64,000 nt of DNA from Planctomycetota bacterium (lineage in GTDB: Bacteria; Planctomycetota; PLA2; JAEUHO01): contig CBDCTJ010000007.1 in NCBI GenBank assembly GCA_965222115.1, positions 2,880,001-2,944,000 of the forward strand, in the 5' to 3' direction. Made by a program: the position numbers and the translations under genes. Below, one piece after another: positions 40,389 through 50,715 of this stretch; position 1 is the stretch's first letter; every line of letters begins with the position of its first letter. A model generated the notes under the pieces. It was not told where the DNA came from, ran no database searches, and saw only the letters and a program-made list of their open reading frames with translations.

Positions 40389-41821
40389 TAGCCTTCTCCG
40401 AATACTTCGACATCGGCAAAGAGCGACGTCGGTGTTGCGTGTCCCACTCGAATCACTTGGTTCGGTTCGCCCTTGCCACAGTTGGGCGTGCCCATCATGA
40501 CGTGCGTTGATGGATCGCCCACAGCCTTGAGGTTGCGCCAAAACGTGGCGGAGATGCCACGGTAGTTGGGCGTGCGCACAAGTGACGTGAGTTCACCGTT
40601 TTCGATCAAACGACCATACTGGCAGCCAAACTGAAACTTGTTGCGGGAGTCGTCAATGGACCAACTGCAGTTGGTCTGCATGAACACACCCCGTTCAACC
40701 GATGACACCATGTCGTCAAAGCTCGACGTTCCGGGCTCCATGTTGAGATTGGCCATGCGATCGATGGGCGGGCGATTCCAACTGCATGCGCGTGAATTGC
40801 CAACACCCGGCATGTCGGCGCGAAGCTGTGAGATGCGCCCGCCGAGGGGTCGCTTCAAAATGCCGTCCTGGATTACGTACGTCTTGGTTGCCGGCTCACC
40901 GTCGTCATCAAAGCCATAGCTTGCGAGTTCGCCGGGCGCTGTGGGATCAAAGGTGACGTTGAGGAGCGGGGAGCCGTAGGCGTAGGACCCAAACATATCG
41001 AGCGTGACGAAGCTTGTGCCCGCGTAGTTTCGTTCGTCTCCAAGAATGCGATCCAGTTCGAGTGGATGGCCAATGCTCTCGTGAACTTGAAGCACCATTT
41101 GATCTGGGGCGAGCAAGAGGTCCATGGTTCCCGCGGGGCACGAGGGTGCGGCAAGCAACTGCAACGCCTCGTCCACCAGGCGCGGCCCGTCGGTAAAGAA
41201 CTTGACGTCGTCGAGTACTTCTTTGCCACCTTGGCGAGCCAGCGCACGCGCACCGAGCGAACGCGATTGCACGCGCTTACCATCACTAACCGTAAGGCCG
41301 AGCGCCGGCGCGATGTATGAAAAGCGCTGTTCGATGTCGGCGCCATCCGAACTCCACAGGTAGCTGGTGGCCTTCGTGTAATTCACCGCACTTTGCCACA
41401 TGACCACGCGATCATCGGACTTGAGGCCATCGCACGGCGCGCGCACCAGATCGATGCGTTCGGCAAGCGGCAAGCTACTCCAGTCCGTTTGAACCGGAGA
41501 CTCGTAGCTTCCTTGGTGGGGCTCGGGCCGTACGCGGGAATAGTCCGTGACGGCGCAATTGGCGGTGCGCTTCGCCCATGTATGGGCGCGACGCTTTGCC
41601 GCCAGAAGCCCTGAGGGGCTCACGTCACTTGTGGCGCAATAGCCCGTACCGCCTTTGTCGGCCACCGTGACCATCGCGCCACCATCAAAGTCGCGGTGGA
41701 ACGGAAGCAACGTACCGCGTTCGACGGCAATCGTCTCGTTCTGCTCTTCGTAATAGCGAACCGAGCAGAAATCCACATCGCGCTTTAGATCGTCTGCCGC
41801 GGATTGAATTGAGCGTTTCAA
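40388..41821 (-). CDS. tldD: TldD metalloprotease
   Basis: HESIGHPLELDR, DRMANL, NCGKGEP. AAGGAGG RBS before TTG 41821. Confidence 0.92.
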   Translation of the reverse strand: MKRSIQSAADDLKRDVDFCSVRYYEEQNETIAVERGTLLPFHRDFDGGAMVTVADKGGTGYCATSDVSPSGLLAAKRRAHTWAKRTANCAVTDYSRVRPEPHQGSYESPVQTDWSSLPLAERIDLVRAPCDGLKSDDRVVMWQSAVNYTKATSYLWSSDGADIEQRFSYIAPALGLTVSDGKRVQSRSLGARALARQGGKEVLDDVKFFTDGPRLVDEALQLLAAPSCPAGTMDLLLAPDQMVLQVHESIGHPLELDRILGDERNYAGTSFVTLDMFGSYAYGSPLLNVTFDPTAPGELASYGFDDDGEPATKTYVIQDGILKRPLGGRISQLRADMPGVGNSRACSWNRPPIDRMANLNMEPGTSSFDDMVSSVERGVFMQTNCSWSIDDSRNKFQFGCQYGRLIENGELTSLVRTPNYRGISATFWRNLKAVGDPSTHVMMGTPNCGKGEPNQVIRVGHATPTSLFADVEVFGEG

Positions 41822-42048
41822 CGAATCCTCCTTGAAATCTGGTCGATCGAGTGCCACGAGCCCGTGCCAGCCCAAGAGAAGATACGTCGGTAGGGTTGCG
41901 AGTCCCTACGGGAAACGCGCCCTGTTGGCAACTTCCAAGGACGACAGGCCTGCCTGCATTGACTCGTAGGCGCTACACGCCCGCTTCCGGTAGGCATGGC
42001 GATGAGTTCTCAATATGCTGCGGCTTGAATCCTCGATCGGGAGACGCC

Positions 42049-45000
42049 GTGACGCCTACTCCGCTCCATAGACCCGCTGGCGTACGCCGTGTTGCCTGCG
42101 CGCTGATCTTGGCATGTTTCGTCGGTAACATGCCGTTCTCGGCAGCCAGCGAAGCGCGCGAAGCCGTAAAGCTGGCGGTGTATCCATGCCTCTCCAGCGA
42201 TGGCGCATTCCTTGTCTTTTCCTGGCGTGACGACATTTGGCAATACACATTTTCGTCGAATCGGTTAAAGCGCATTACGGTCCACCCCGGCCGCGATCTA
42301 CGGCCCTTTCTGTCGCCGGACGATACGCGGATTGCCTTTGTGAGCAATCGCGAAGGCAGTGATCAAATCTGGGTCATGCCACTTGCGGGCGGCGCGCCGA
42401 AACGCGTAACTCGACATACGGAATCCGCCGCGCTCTACGGATGGTATCGCGATGGCGAACACGTTTACTTTCGAAGCCGACGCGATCGACACTGGCGACA
42501 TGGAAGTCGCATCTATCGCACGTCCGTTGCGGACGATGCACAGGACGCCGAGCTTGTATTTGATGCGTCGGCCCGAACCGCCGCTGTATCGTCCGATGGA
42601 AAACGCATTGCGTTCACGCGCGAAGGTGTGGGCTGGATGCGCAAGGCCTACCGCGGGCCGAGCGCGTCTCAAATTTGGATCTACGACACGGAAGCAAAGT
42701 CGTTCGCAAAACTCAGCTCAGGATCACATTCTGAACTCTGGCCATGTTGGCGCGGGCCCGAGCTCCTCTACGTCAGTGATGCCGATGGCACGATGAACCT
42801 TTGGTCCATGAACGCGGACGGCACAAATCGCAAGCAGCTCACTCACTTCAAAGACGATGGTGTGACGTTTCCAACGGTTTCGTACGATGGCTCTGCGGTG
42901 GTCTTTCGCCGTCTATTTGACCTATACCGTCTACCACTAGACAAGAAAGACGCGACACCCACCCGATTGCCCATTGAATACGTCGGCCCGCCCACCGTGG
43001 AGCCGATTGAACGTCGCACACTGACGCGCGCATCCGATGTGGCCTTCACAAACGACGGGCTTGAAATTGCCACTGTATCGGGCGGCGATCTCTTCGTGAT
43101 GGACACAGAGCTCCGCGAACCGGTGCGCGTGACCAAAACACCCGCCGAAGAAGGTGATCCGGTCTTCTCCAAAGATCTCAAATACCTCTACTTTACGAGT
43201 GATGCGGGCGGACAACCCGACATCTGGCGTGCCGAGCGTGTCGATGCCGAGAAATTTTGGTGGCAAAACGAGTCGTTCACGGTGAAGCAAATCACCAACG
43301 ATACTGCGCCGGAGTGGGATCTGCGCGCCACGCCGGACGGCGAACACATTTCCTACGTTAAGACACGCGGGGATCTCTTCCTGCACCACATCAAAGACGA
43401 CTCGCACAAGCGGATACTCGAGAGCTGGAGCGACCCCTATTACGACTTTTCACCCGATGGCAAGTGGCTCACCTACGCCGTCGATGACAACAACTTCAAT
43501 GCCGATGTGTGGATCAAACCGGTGGACGGCAGCAAACCACCGGTAAACGTGTCCATGCACCCCGACAACGACACATGGCCCACATGGTCGCCCGATGGAA
43601 AAATCCTGGCCTGGAGTGGTCGCCGCTGGGGCGAAGAACGAGACATATGTTACGTCTACCTTGTCGAGAAGGACGGTGAGGAGAGCCCTCGCGATCGCAA
43701 GTTGGAGAAGGCCCTCAAAGCCATGAAGGCCCGCAAGAAGGGCAAGAAGAACACGAAACCGTCTTCGAAGAAGGCGGGAGCGGCCACCTCCAAGACATCG
43801 GACAAGGAGAAGCCTGCCACAGCGAAATCCCTTGTGGGCACATGGACAGGTCGTGTCAAGGGCCCCGACCCGATTCCGGCCGATGGTTCAAGGCTTCGCG
43901 TCACGCTTTCCATGAACGACATGGGCGTGCTGGAAGGGACCTTTGTCGTTGTTGATCAGATTGATGAACCGCTCAAGACGTGCGAGTTCAACAAGGAAAA
44001 TGCCAGTCTAAACGCCACAGCAGATACACCGCTCGGGTTACTCACACTACAAGGCACTCTGAAGGACGGCGCACTATCGGGTACATGGTCGATCCAAGAC
44101 CTCATGGATGGCACGTTCTCAATGACCAAATCGAGCAGCTCCAACACAAAGGATGGCGCAAGCAACGCCGCCACCGACAAGCCTGAGTCACCGAAGGCCG
44201 CACCCAGCAAGACGGACGCGAGGAAACCGGGCAACGACAAGCGCGCGTCGAACGAGCCGGCTGAAGAGCCCAAAGCAGCCATGAAGCTCGACCTTGAGGG
44301 CATTGAAGATCGCGTGCGCCGCATCTCCATTCCCAATGCGACGGAGACCTATCTTACGTGGTCACACAACAGCAAGGATCTAGCCTTCCAGGCCACCATC
44401 AAAGGCCAGACGGGCACCTACAAAGTTACGTTCCCAGACAAACTGAAACCACAACGCATTGGCAGCGAGCGCGGCACACACGCCACGTGGATCAAGCAGG
44501 GCGACAAGATTTGCTGGCTCCAGGGAGGCCAACCCGCATCACTGAGCGGCAAAGGCAAATCGAAACGCTACGGGTTTCGAATTCAGGCAAGCACGCATTG
44601 GCCCGCAGTGTATCGCGCCGCGTTTCATCGGTGCTGGCAAACGATCCGCGATCAGTTCTACGATGAGAACCTGAATGGAAAGGACTGGGATGCCATTCGT
44701 GCCAAGTATGCGCCGGGACTCACCGCCGTGGCGACCGTTGGAGAAGTAGATCAACTCATCAACATGATGCTGGGCGAGCTCAACGCGTCCCATATGGGCT
44801 TTCGCTCGATGGTCGCACCCCGTTGGCGCGCCCCGGGCTGGCGCCCCATCACGGGCCACCTTGGGCTCGAATTTGATGCCACGTACGAAGGTGAGGGCGT
44901 GCGGGTCTCGCGCGTCATCAAGGGCTCGCCTCCGGATCAAGCCCGAAGTCGCATTGAGCCCGGCGAAATTTTGCTGTCGATAGACGATATGCCCGTGGAC

Positions 45001-45825
45001 GCGAATACTGAGTGGACCAAAGTGCTCACCCGTGATGTATCCAAAGAGATCACCCTGCGTGTCAAGAACACGAAGGGCAAGATTCGGAACGTTGCGACCC
45101 GCCTCATTACACATGGCGCCTTTCGCGAAAATCTTTACCGCCAATGGATCGAGGACACACGCGAGGCCGTTGACAAAGCCAGCAAGGGGCGTATGGGCTA
45201 TATTCACGTGCGCAGCATGAACTGGAGTAGTTTCCAGAGCTTTGAAGCCGACTTATACAAGGCTGCACATGGGCGGGACGGGCTCCTGATCGACGTTCGC
45301 GAAAACGGCGGTGGATTTACGGCCGATCATCTGCTCACTTGCCTCACCCAACCTCGGCACGCGATCACCGTGCCGCGCGGAGGCGGACCCGGCTACCCCC
45401 AAGATCGCATGGTGTATGCCCGCTGGGATCAGCCCGTTGTTGTGCTCTGCAATCAGAATAGTTTTAGCAATGCCGAGATCTTCGCGCACGCCATCAAGAC
45501 GCTCAAACGAGGGAAGGTAGTCGGTGTACAAACGGCCGGCGGCGTGATTAGTACCGGGGGCAGGCGCGTCATGGGCCTTGGATCTCTGCGCATCCCCTTC
45601 CGCGGGTGGTACTTGACCGAGAGCGGAGACGATATGGAAATGAACGGCTGCAAGCCCGACATCGAGATCTGGAATACACCGAGCGACGAGATCGCGGGCA
45701 ACGACGCGCAGCTTGGGAAGGCCATAGAGGCCCTAGAATCGGAGATTGCTCGTTATAAGGCGCGCCCCAAACCATCCTTAATACCCAAGTCGGCGCGTTC
45801 AAATCCCTCAAAGGGATCTAAGTAG
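42049..45825 (+). CDS. Tricorn-like S41 protease (beta-propellers, PDZ, catalytic domain)
   Basis: Signal peptide, SPDG/PD40 repeats, GELNASH, IDVRENGGG, SFSNAEIF, G.QTAGGV. Confidence 0.92.
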   Translation: MTPTPLHRPAGVRRVACALILACFVGNMPFSAASEAREAVKLAVYPCLSSDGAFLVFSWRDDIWQYTFSSNRLKRITVHPGRDLRPFLSPDDTRIAFVSNREGSDQIWVMPLAGGAPKRVTRHTESAALYGWYRDGEHVYFRSRRDRHWRHGSRIYRTSVADDAQDAELVFDASARTAAVSSDGKRIAFTREGVGWMRKAYRGPSASQIWIYDTEAKSFAKLSSGSHSELWPCWRGPELLYVSDADGTMNLWSMNADGTNRKQLTHFKDDGVTFPTVSYDGSAVVFRRLFDLYRLPLDKKDATPTRLPIEYVGPPTVEPIERRTLTRASDVAFTNDGLEIATVSGGDLFVMDTELREPVRVTKTPAEEGDPVFSKDLKYLYFTSDAGGQPDIWRAERVDAEKFWWQNESFTVKQITNDTAPEWDLRATPDGEHISYVKTRGDLFLHHIKDDSHKRILESWSDPYYDFSPDGKWLTYAVDDNNFNADVWIKPVDGSKPPVNVSMHPDNDTWPTWSPDGKILAWSGRRWGEERDICYVYLVEKDGEESPRDRKLEKALKAMKARKKGKKNTKPSSKKAGAATSKTSDKEKPATAKSLVGTWTGRVKGPDPIPADGSRLRVTLSMNDMGVLEGTFVVVDQIDEPLKTCEFNKENASLNATADTPLGLLTLQGTLKDGALSGTWSIQDLMDGTFSMTKSSSSNTKDGASNAATDKPESPKAAPSKTDARKPGNDKRASNEPAEEPKAAMKLDLEGIEDRVRRISIPNATETYLTWSHNSKDLAFQATIKGQTGTYKVTFPDKLKPQRIGSERGTHATWIKQGDKICWLQGGQPASLSGKGKSKRYGFRIQASTHWPAVYRAAFHRCWQTIRDQFYDENLNGKDWDAIRAKYAPGLTAVATVGEVDQLINMMLGELNASHMGFRSMVAPRWRAPGWRPITGHLGLEFDATYEGEGVRVSRVIKGSPPDQARSRIEPGEILLSIDDMPVDANTEWTKVLTRDVSKEITLRVKNTKGKIRNVATRLITHGAFRENLYRQWIEDTREAVDKASKGRMGYIHVRSMNWSSFQSFEADLYKAAHGRDGLLIDVRENGGGFTADHLLTCLTQPRHAITVPRGGGPGYPQDRMVYARWDQPVVVLCNQNSFSNAEIFAHAIKTLKRGKVVGVQTAGGVISTGGRRVMGLGSLRIPFRGWYLTESGDDMEMNGCKPDIEIWNTPSDEIAGNDAQLGKAIEALESEIARYKARPKPSLIPKSARSNPSKGSK

Positions 45826-45900
45826 CAGCCGAGTCTTATCCAATCGGTGTAGTGCGCTCGCGCGCTTCCCGCTTCCTAATGTGTATGGCCGATTCACCCT

Positions 45901-45936
45901 CTCGCGAAGAACGCCTCGCGAAGAACGCCTCGCGAA
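45901..45936. repeat. 14-bp tandem repeat (CTCGCGAAGAACGC x2.6)
   Basis: Read directly, in the spacer between convergent genes. Confidence 0.85.
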
Positions 45937-46025
45937 TTGTCTCAAGGACTACCGGCGACGTCGTAGTGTGAATCGCGCCATACGTAACTCTCGCCATACG
46001 AATCTCGCGCTACACAAAACTCACA

Positions 46026-46694
46026 CTACACGAAACTCACCGTGTCGCGTAGGCGCTTTCGCTCAATGTCCGGCACGCGCGCGTCCTTGGCAGGGTGGCC
46101 AACGACCAACAAAAGAAAGGGCCGTTCGTGACTGGGCCGACCCAGGATCTCCCGCAGAAAGCCCATGGGACTTGGCGTGTGCGTAAGCGTGGCAAGTCCC
46201 GCGTGATGCAGGGCGGCCACCAACATGCCGGTGGCGATCCCCACCGACTCGTCAACGTAGTAATGCTTGCGCTTGCTTCCGTCGTCATTGATCCCGTAGC
46301 GTTCGGCAAAAATCGCGATAAGCACAGGCGCAGTCTCAAGGAACGGCTTGTGCTCATTCGTGCCAAGCGGTCGGAGCGCCTCCAACCACGCGTCGGGTGC
46401 ACGCTGCTGGTAAAACCTTCGTTCCTCCGCCTCCGCGGCCACGCGAATTTTCGACTTGATCTCGGCATCGCGCACGACAACGAAATGCCACGGTTGAAAG
46501 TTCGCACCACTCGGTGCACTGCCTGCTACACGCAAGGCATCATGGATCACATCGTCGGGAATGTCACGCGCGTCGTAGTCCCGCACCGTGCGCCTGCAGG
46601 TTTGGATGTCGCGATACGCCCGAGCACGTGCACACATTTCCTCGTCGCTGTAGTGAGGATAGCCCGCCAAGGCGATTTCAGGGGGTCGGGTCAT
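46026..46694 (-). CDS. Nitroreductase family, iodotyrosine deiodinase-like
   Basis: RRTVR, APSGANFQPW, AAEAEERRFY, LGTNEHKPFLETAP, LTHTPSPM. Confidence 0.85.
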   Translation of the reverse strand: MTRPPEIALAGYPHYSDEEMCARARAYRDIQTCRRTVRDYDARDIPDDVIHDALRVAGSAPSGANFQPWHFVVVRDAEIKSKIRVAAEAEERRFYQQRAPDAWLEALRPLGTNEHKPFLETAPVLIAIFAERYGINDDGSKRKHYYVDESVGIATGMLVAALHHAGLATLTHTPSPMGFLREILGRPSHERPFLLLVVGHPAKDARVPDIERKRLRDTVSFV

Positions 46695-46795
46695 GGCCAC
46701 TCCGCAACGGGGGTTTCGATCGTAGCGCGCAGTTGCGCCCGGCCGTGTCGGCACGCACAATCTACACCTTGTTCGACCGGTTGCGAACGCGGCCA

Positions 46796-48619
46796 ATGGA
46801 GATCCACGTGCGCGAACGCTATGTGCTCGGCGTCAATGCCTATGACCACGACACGAGCGCGTGTTTGCTTCGCAACGGGCAGGTCGTTGCAGCAATCAAC
46901 AAGGAACGCTTGACGCGCCGCAAGAACGACAGCGGCTTTTACGAAGCACCGGCCCTCTATTGTTGCTTGGCAGCGGGCCTCACGCTTGACGACCTCGATC
47001 TTATTGTGCGCAACTCCTATCTCTTGCCGGTCGCGGAGCTGGAGCGTCGCTTTCGCTCCCAATGGATTGCCAACTTGATTGGCGCGCGCGAGCGCCGCCT
47101 TGCGATTGACTCCCCCTTGTTCGGGCTTGCCGCAGAACGTGCGGTCGATGTGTCGCACCATCTCGCCCACGCCTATAGCGCATTTGCGTGCTCACCCTTC
47201 GATCGAGGGGCCGTCATGGTGATTGACGGCGTGGGTGGCTACCGTGGGGACATGACCGAACCCATGCCGGAAGGGAGTGAGGCGCCAGACCTCGCCCGAG
47301 AGTCTGAGTCGTATTACCGTTTTCACGGTTCACACATCTCGCCATTGAAGAAAGTCTGGCTGCCACCGCATCGGGGGCTGGTAAATGACGAGTTCACCCA
47401 GCTGGCTGGTATCGGCGCCTTTTATTCGCGCATATCCGAGTACATTTTCGGCCACTGGAATCGTTGCGGTGAAGTCATGGGGCTCGCTCCTTACGGGAAG
47501 GAGTCACTGCCGCCATTCTTTGAAATCGATGATGCCAATGAACTCCGATTCGCACCGTGGCCCGACACACTCTGCAATCCGTACGACGGCGACTCGGATG
47601 ACGCGTGGGCAAAGAGTCCACACATGAACGAGTGGCGCGATGTGGCATGGCGAGTACAGCGCGACACCGAAAGCGCGCTAATAGCTCGCGCCAATTGGCT
47701 ACACGAACACACGGGCGAGCGAAATCTCTGTATCGCCGGTGGGGTAGCCCTCAACTGCGTAGCCAATGGGCGCATCGCCGCAGAAACGCCATTCGAGAAC
47801 GTTTGGATTCAACCCGCCTCGGGGGACGACGGCATTGCGTTGGGCGCCGCGCTCTACGGGCATCTTGCACTCGATGGTGGATCGCGCGGCTACGTAATGA
47901 AGCACCCCTACCTCGGCATGACCTACGACGAAACGCAAACGAAAAATGCGTTTCGCGCTCGCACGCTAAAGGCCGTCGCCACGGTGAAAATCTCACACGA
48001 TGTGTGCAACGATACGGCATCCCGCCTTGCCCGCGGCGCTGTCGTCGGCTGGTGTCAAGGCGGTTCCGAGTTTGGGCCCCGTGCGCTTGGAAATCGAAGC
48101 CTGCTCGCCGATCCACGTGATCCCGGCATGATGGATCGTCTGAACCGGCGCGTGAAACATCGGCAAGCGTTTCGTCCGTTTGCCCCTGCGGTGCTTGAGG
48201 AACATGCCGCCGAATGGTTCGCAGGTCCCCACTTCAGCCCATTCATGCTCTTAGCCAACGACGTCTTGCCGGAGAAGCGCGCGCGAATTCCTGCCGTAAC
48301 ACACGTGGATGGTACGGCCCGTGTTCAAGTCGTCTCCAAATCGATGAACCCTCGCTTCCACGCGCTGCTCACCGCGTTTTACGAAGCGACGGGATGCCCC
48401 GTGCTCGTGAACACAAGTTTCAACATACGCGGCGAACCCATCGTCGAAACACCGGACGACGCACTGCGCACGTTCCTCGGGACGGGCATCGACGTCTTGG
48501 TCTTTGGCGACATGGTGCTTGAGAAGCGCGCATGGGGTAAGCGAGCGCGTTCGTTCTTTTCCGCCTGGTTTCGGACACGTGATGCCCTCCGCAGCCCTTC
48601 AGCATCTACTCCGCTATGA
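46796..48619 (+). CDS. Carbamoyltransferase (NodU/CmcH family)
   Basis: HDTSA, HHLAHAYSA, DGVG, GEVMGLAPYG, GGVALNC, EFGPRALGNRS, FRPFAP, NTSFN. Confidence 0.93.
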   Translation: MEIHVRERYVLGVNAYDHDTSACLLRNGQVVAAINKERLTRRKNDSGFYEAPALYCCLAAGLTLDDLDLIVRNSYLLPVAELERRFRSQWIANLIGARERRLAIDSPLFGLAAERAVDVSHHLAHAYSAFACSPFDRGAVMVIDGVGGYRGDMTEPMPEGSEAPDLARESESYYRFHGSHISPLKKVWLPPHRGLVNDEFTQLAGIGAFYSRISEYIFGHWNRCGEVMGLAPYGKESLPPFFEIDDANELRFAPWPDTLCNPYDGDSDDAWAKSPHMNEWRDVAWRVQRDTESALIARANWLHEHTGERNLCIAGGVALNCVANGRIAAETPFENVWIQPASGDDGIALGAALYGHLALDGGSRGYVMKHPYLGMTYDETQTKNAFRARTLKAVATVKISHDVCNDTASRLARGAVVGWCQGGSEFGPRALGNRSLLADPRDPGMMDRLNRRVKHRQAFRPFAPAVLEEHAAEWFAGPHFSPFMLLANDVLPEKRARIPAVTHVDGTARVQVVSKSMNPRFHALLTAFYEATGCPVLVNTSFNIRGEPIVETPDDALRTFLGTGIDVLVFGDMVLEKRAWGKRARSFFSAWFRTRDALRSPSASTPL

Positions 48620-48625
48620 ATGGCT

Positions 48626-49324
48626 CTAGGCGTAGCGCCGCCACAGAGCATCAAACTCTTCACGAAACGCACGTACGAGCTTTGGGTTTGAGGTGAGTAG
48701 TACATTCTCATGATTGCGCTCCGCCGCTGCACGAGTCCAGTTGTAGCTACCCGTAAGGAGCCGCTTGCCGCCAAAGAGCGCAAATTTGTGGTGCATATGA
48801 TCAGGCGTGTGATCTACGGCTACGTCTACACCGCCGCGCCTCAATTTGGCGATGTCAGAACCCGCGTCGCCCCGCTTGTCATTGTCGCTGATCACACGCA
48901 CACGTACACCGCGACGACTCGCCAGCAAGATGCCCTCCGACAAGACATTGTCGGTGATGCTAAATACACAAACGTCGGCACGTTCGCCGCGGTGAAGGGC
49001 TTGAAACTCCTTGAGAATCGCACGGCGGCACTCTTCGCTCGGTGAAAACCAGGCGCCCGCCTCGACGTGGGTCATGGCGACGGCAGGTCGACTCGGGCTC
49101 ACGAGTCGCATGAGGTCTTCCAGCCACGTCATGAGTCGATCGCCAGGAATGTCATCACTATGTTCTCGTGCTAGTCGAAACGCGTGCTTTCGTAGGTGAT
49201 CGATGCCGCGTGGCCCGAGTTCACCAGACTTAAGAACCTCGCGTAGCGCCTTCTTCTCTCCACGTGATAGACGATGATCTTCCAAGCTTGCGGCAAGCAT
49301 CGACTCAAGCGTCGCCACATCCAT
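48626..49324 (-). CDS. Phospholipase D-like nuclease (Nuc/Zucchini type, single HKD)
   Basis: WFSP, CVFSITD, MHHKFALFG, TGSYNWT, NHEN. Confidence 0.88.
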   Translation of the reverse strand: MDVATLESMLAASLEDHRLSRGEKKALREVLKSGELGPRGIDHLRKHAFRLAREHSDDIPGDRLMTWLEDLMRLVSPSRPAVAMTHVEAGAWFSPSEECRRAILKEFQALHRGERADVCVFSITDNVLSEGILLASRRGVRVRVISDNDKRGDAGSDIAKLRRGGVDVAVDHTPDHMHHKFALFGGKRLLTGSYNWTRAAAERNHENVLLTSNPKLVRAFREEFDALWRRYA

Positions 49325-49333
49325 AGGCGTCTC

Positions 49334-50647
49334 CTAGCGGTCGATCAGATTGATGGCGGCGTCGATGGCACGCTGTACACGTTGAATGTCCTCGCGCGTA
49401 AGTTCACGCGCCGCGTCTGAACTTAGCGCCGTCTCGGTTCCCGTGTATGCGCGGCGGAGTGCTGGAAGCGCGGTCTTTGCCGCTTTGCCCATGCGCCCCA
49501 ACCCGCGCGCGGCCTGAAGCACGGCCACCGCGGACGCCGTCGTCAGTGGTGCCGCCAACTCCTGCGTGAGATCGTCCAAGACCTCGTTGACGTCGCCGCG
49601 ACGCTCCCACCGCTTAATGAGTGCATGCACGCGCACAATGGCGCGCTTGCCTGTAGACGCCTGTTTGAGTGCAGCATCGGCCTCATCGCCGATCATATAG
49701 AGAGCGTGCATAAAGCTCCCCACGTGTTCGTCGGAGCATGTGGACAGGCCATTCATAAGCGCTGGCACGGCGGCCGCGCCAATGCCTCCAAGAGCCGTCA
49801 AACACGTGCGCCGCACCAACACGTCTTCGTCGTGAATGCATGCGGCCATGTCGGGCACCGCAGATGCTGCCGCGCCTCCCATGCGACCCAGCGCCATCAA
49901 CGCATACGACCGCACAGACGCCACGTCGTCCTTGAGCGCGCCACGAAGTAACGGCACGTAGGGTACTACATCGTTTCGCTGCAGGCGTTCGCCAAACTCA
50001 AACTGCGAGAATCCGTAAGCACCACTCTCGCGAACAGCGGGATCTGGATCGTCAAACAATGTCGCCAACCACGCGAGGGATTTCGTGTCCTCCACGGCAC
50101 GCGACGTAAGTGTGGCCACCGCTGCGCGACGCGCTTGATTCTGCAGATCGTCGGACGTCAAGGGCGGCGTCCCAGCGCCGGCTAGGGCGCGTAGGCCCGG
50201 TTCAACAAGAATAAAATCCTCCGGCGCAACGCGGCCGGCGGCCTTCGCGGCATCGAGCTGCAGCTCAGGCAGTCGCTCGGGGGCCAAAGAATCTGCGATT
50301 CGTTCGGCGATCCCACGATCCGCCGTTCCGTAATAGTCAAATACCATCATCCCGGCCCAGCGCACATGGTCATTGGATGACTGCAACGCCTCTTGAATCA
50401 GTGGACGCGGATCCCTGCTGTGTTGCAAGAGAGTGAGCATATGCGTGCGGACAAACGTACGGCGTGCGGCCGGGCTCTCGGGAAGTGAAACGAACACCGC
50501 CGGCAAGTCGGCCACACGCTTCGGAGGTGGTGGTGGCGTTCGTTTGGGCCGAACGACATTGCGCTCGTCCCTGGGTCCAACCCAAACAAAGAGAACCGCG
50601 AGGCCGATAGCGACCAAAATGCCCATCGCCATGGATCGAGGCTTCAT
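49334..50647 (-). CDS. Membrane-anchored HEAT-repeat protein
   Basis: N-terminal TM; repeats DPDPAVRESGA, DDVASVRSYALMALG, DEDVLVRRTCLTALG. Confidence 0.82.
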   Translation of the reverse strand: MKPRSMAMGILVAIGLAVLFVWVGPRDERNVVRPKRTPPPPPKRVADLPAVFVSLPESPAARRTFVRTHMLTLLQHSRDPRPLIQEALQSSNDHVRWAGMMVFDYYGTADRGIAERIADSLAPERLPELQLDAAKAAGRVAPEDFILVEPGLRALAGAGTPPLTSDDLQNQARRAAVATLTSRAVEDTKSLAWLATLFDDPDPAVRESGAYGFSQFEFGERLQRNDVVPYVPLLRGALKDDVASVRSYALMALGRMGGAAASAVPDMAACIHDEDVLVRRTCLTALGGIGAAAVPALMNGLSTCSDEHVGSFMHALYMIGDEADAALKQASTGKRAIVRVHALIKRWERRGDVNEVLDDLTQELAAPLTTASAVAVLQAARGLGRMGKAAKTALPALRRAYTGTETALSSDAARELTREDIQRVQRAIDAAINLIDR

Positions 50648-50715
50648 TGGACGAGGACTTTCCGTTGGGTTGGACGCATCGTGAGATCATATCCGTAGTC
50701 GATCGGAGCCGTGCG

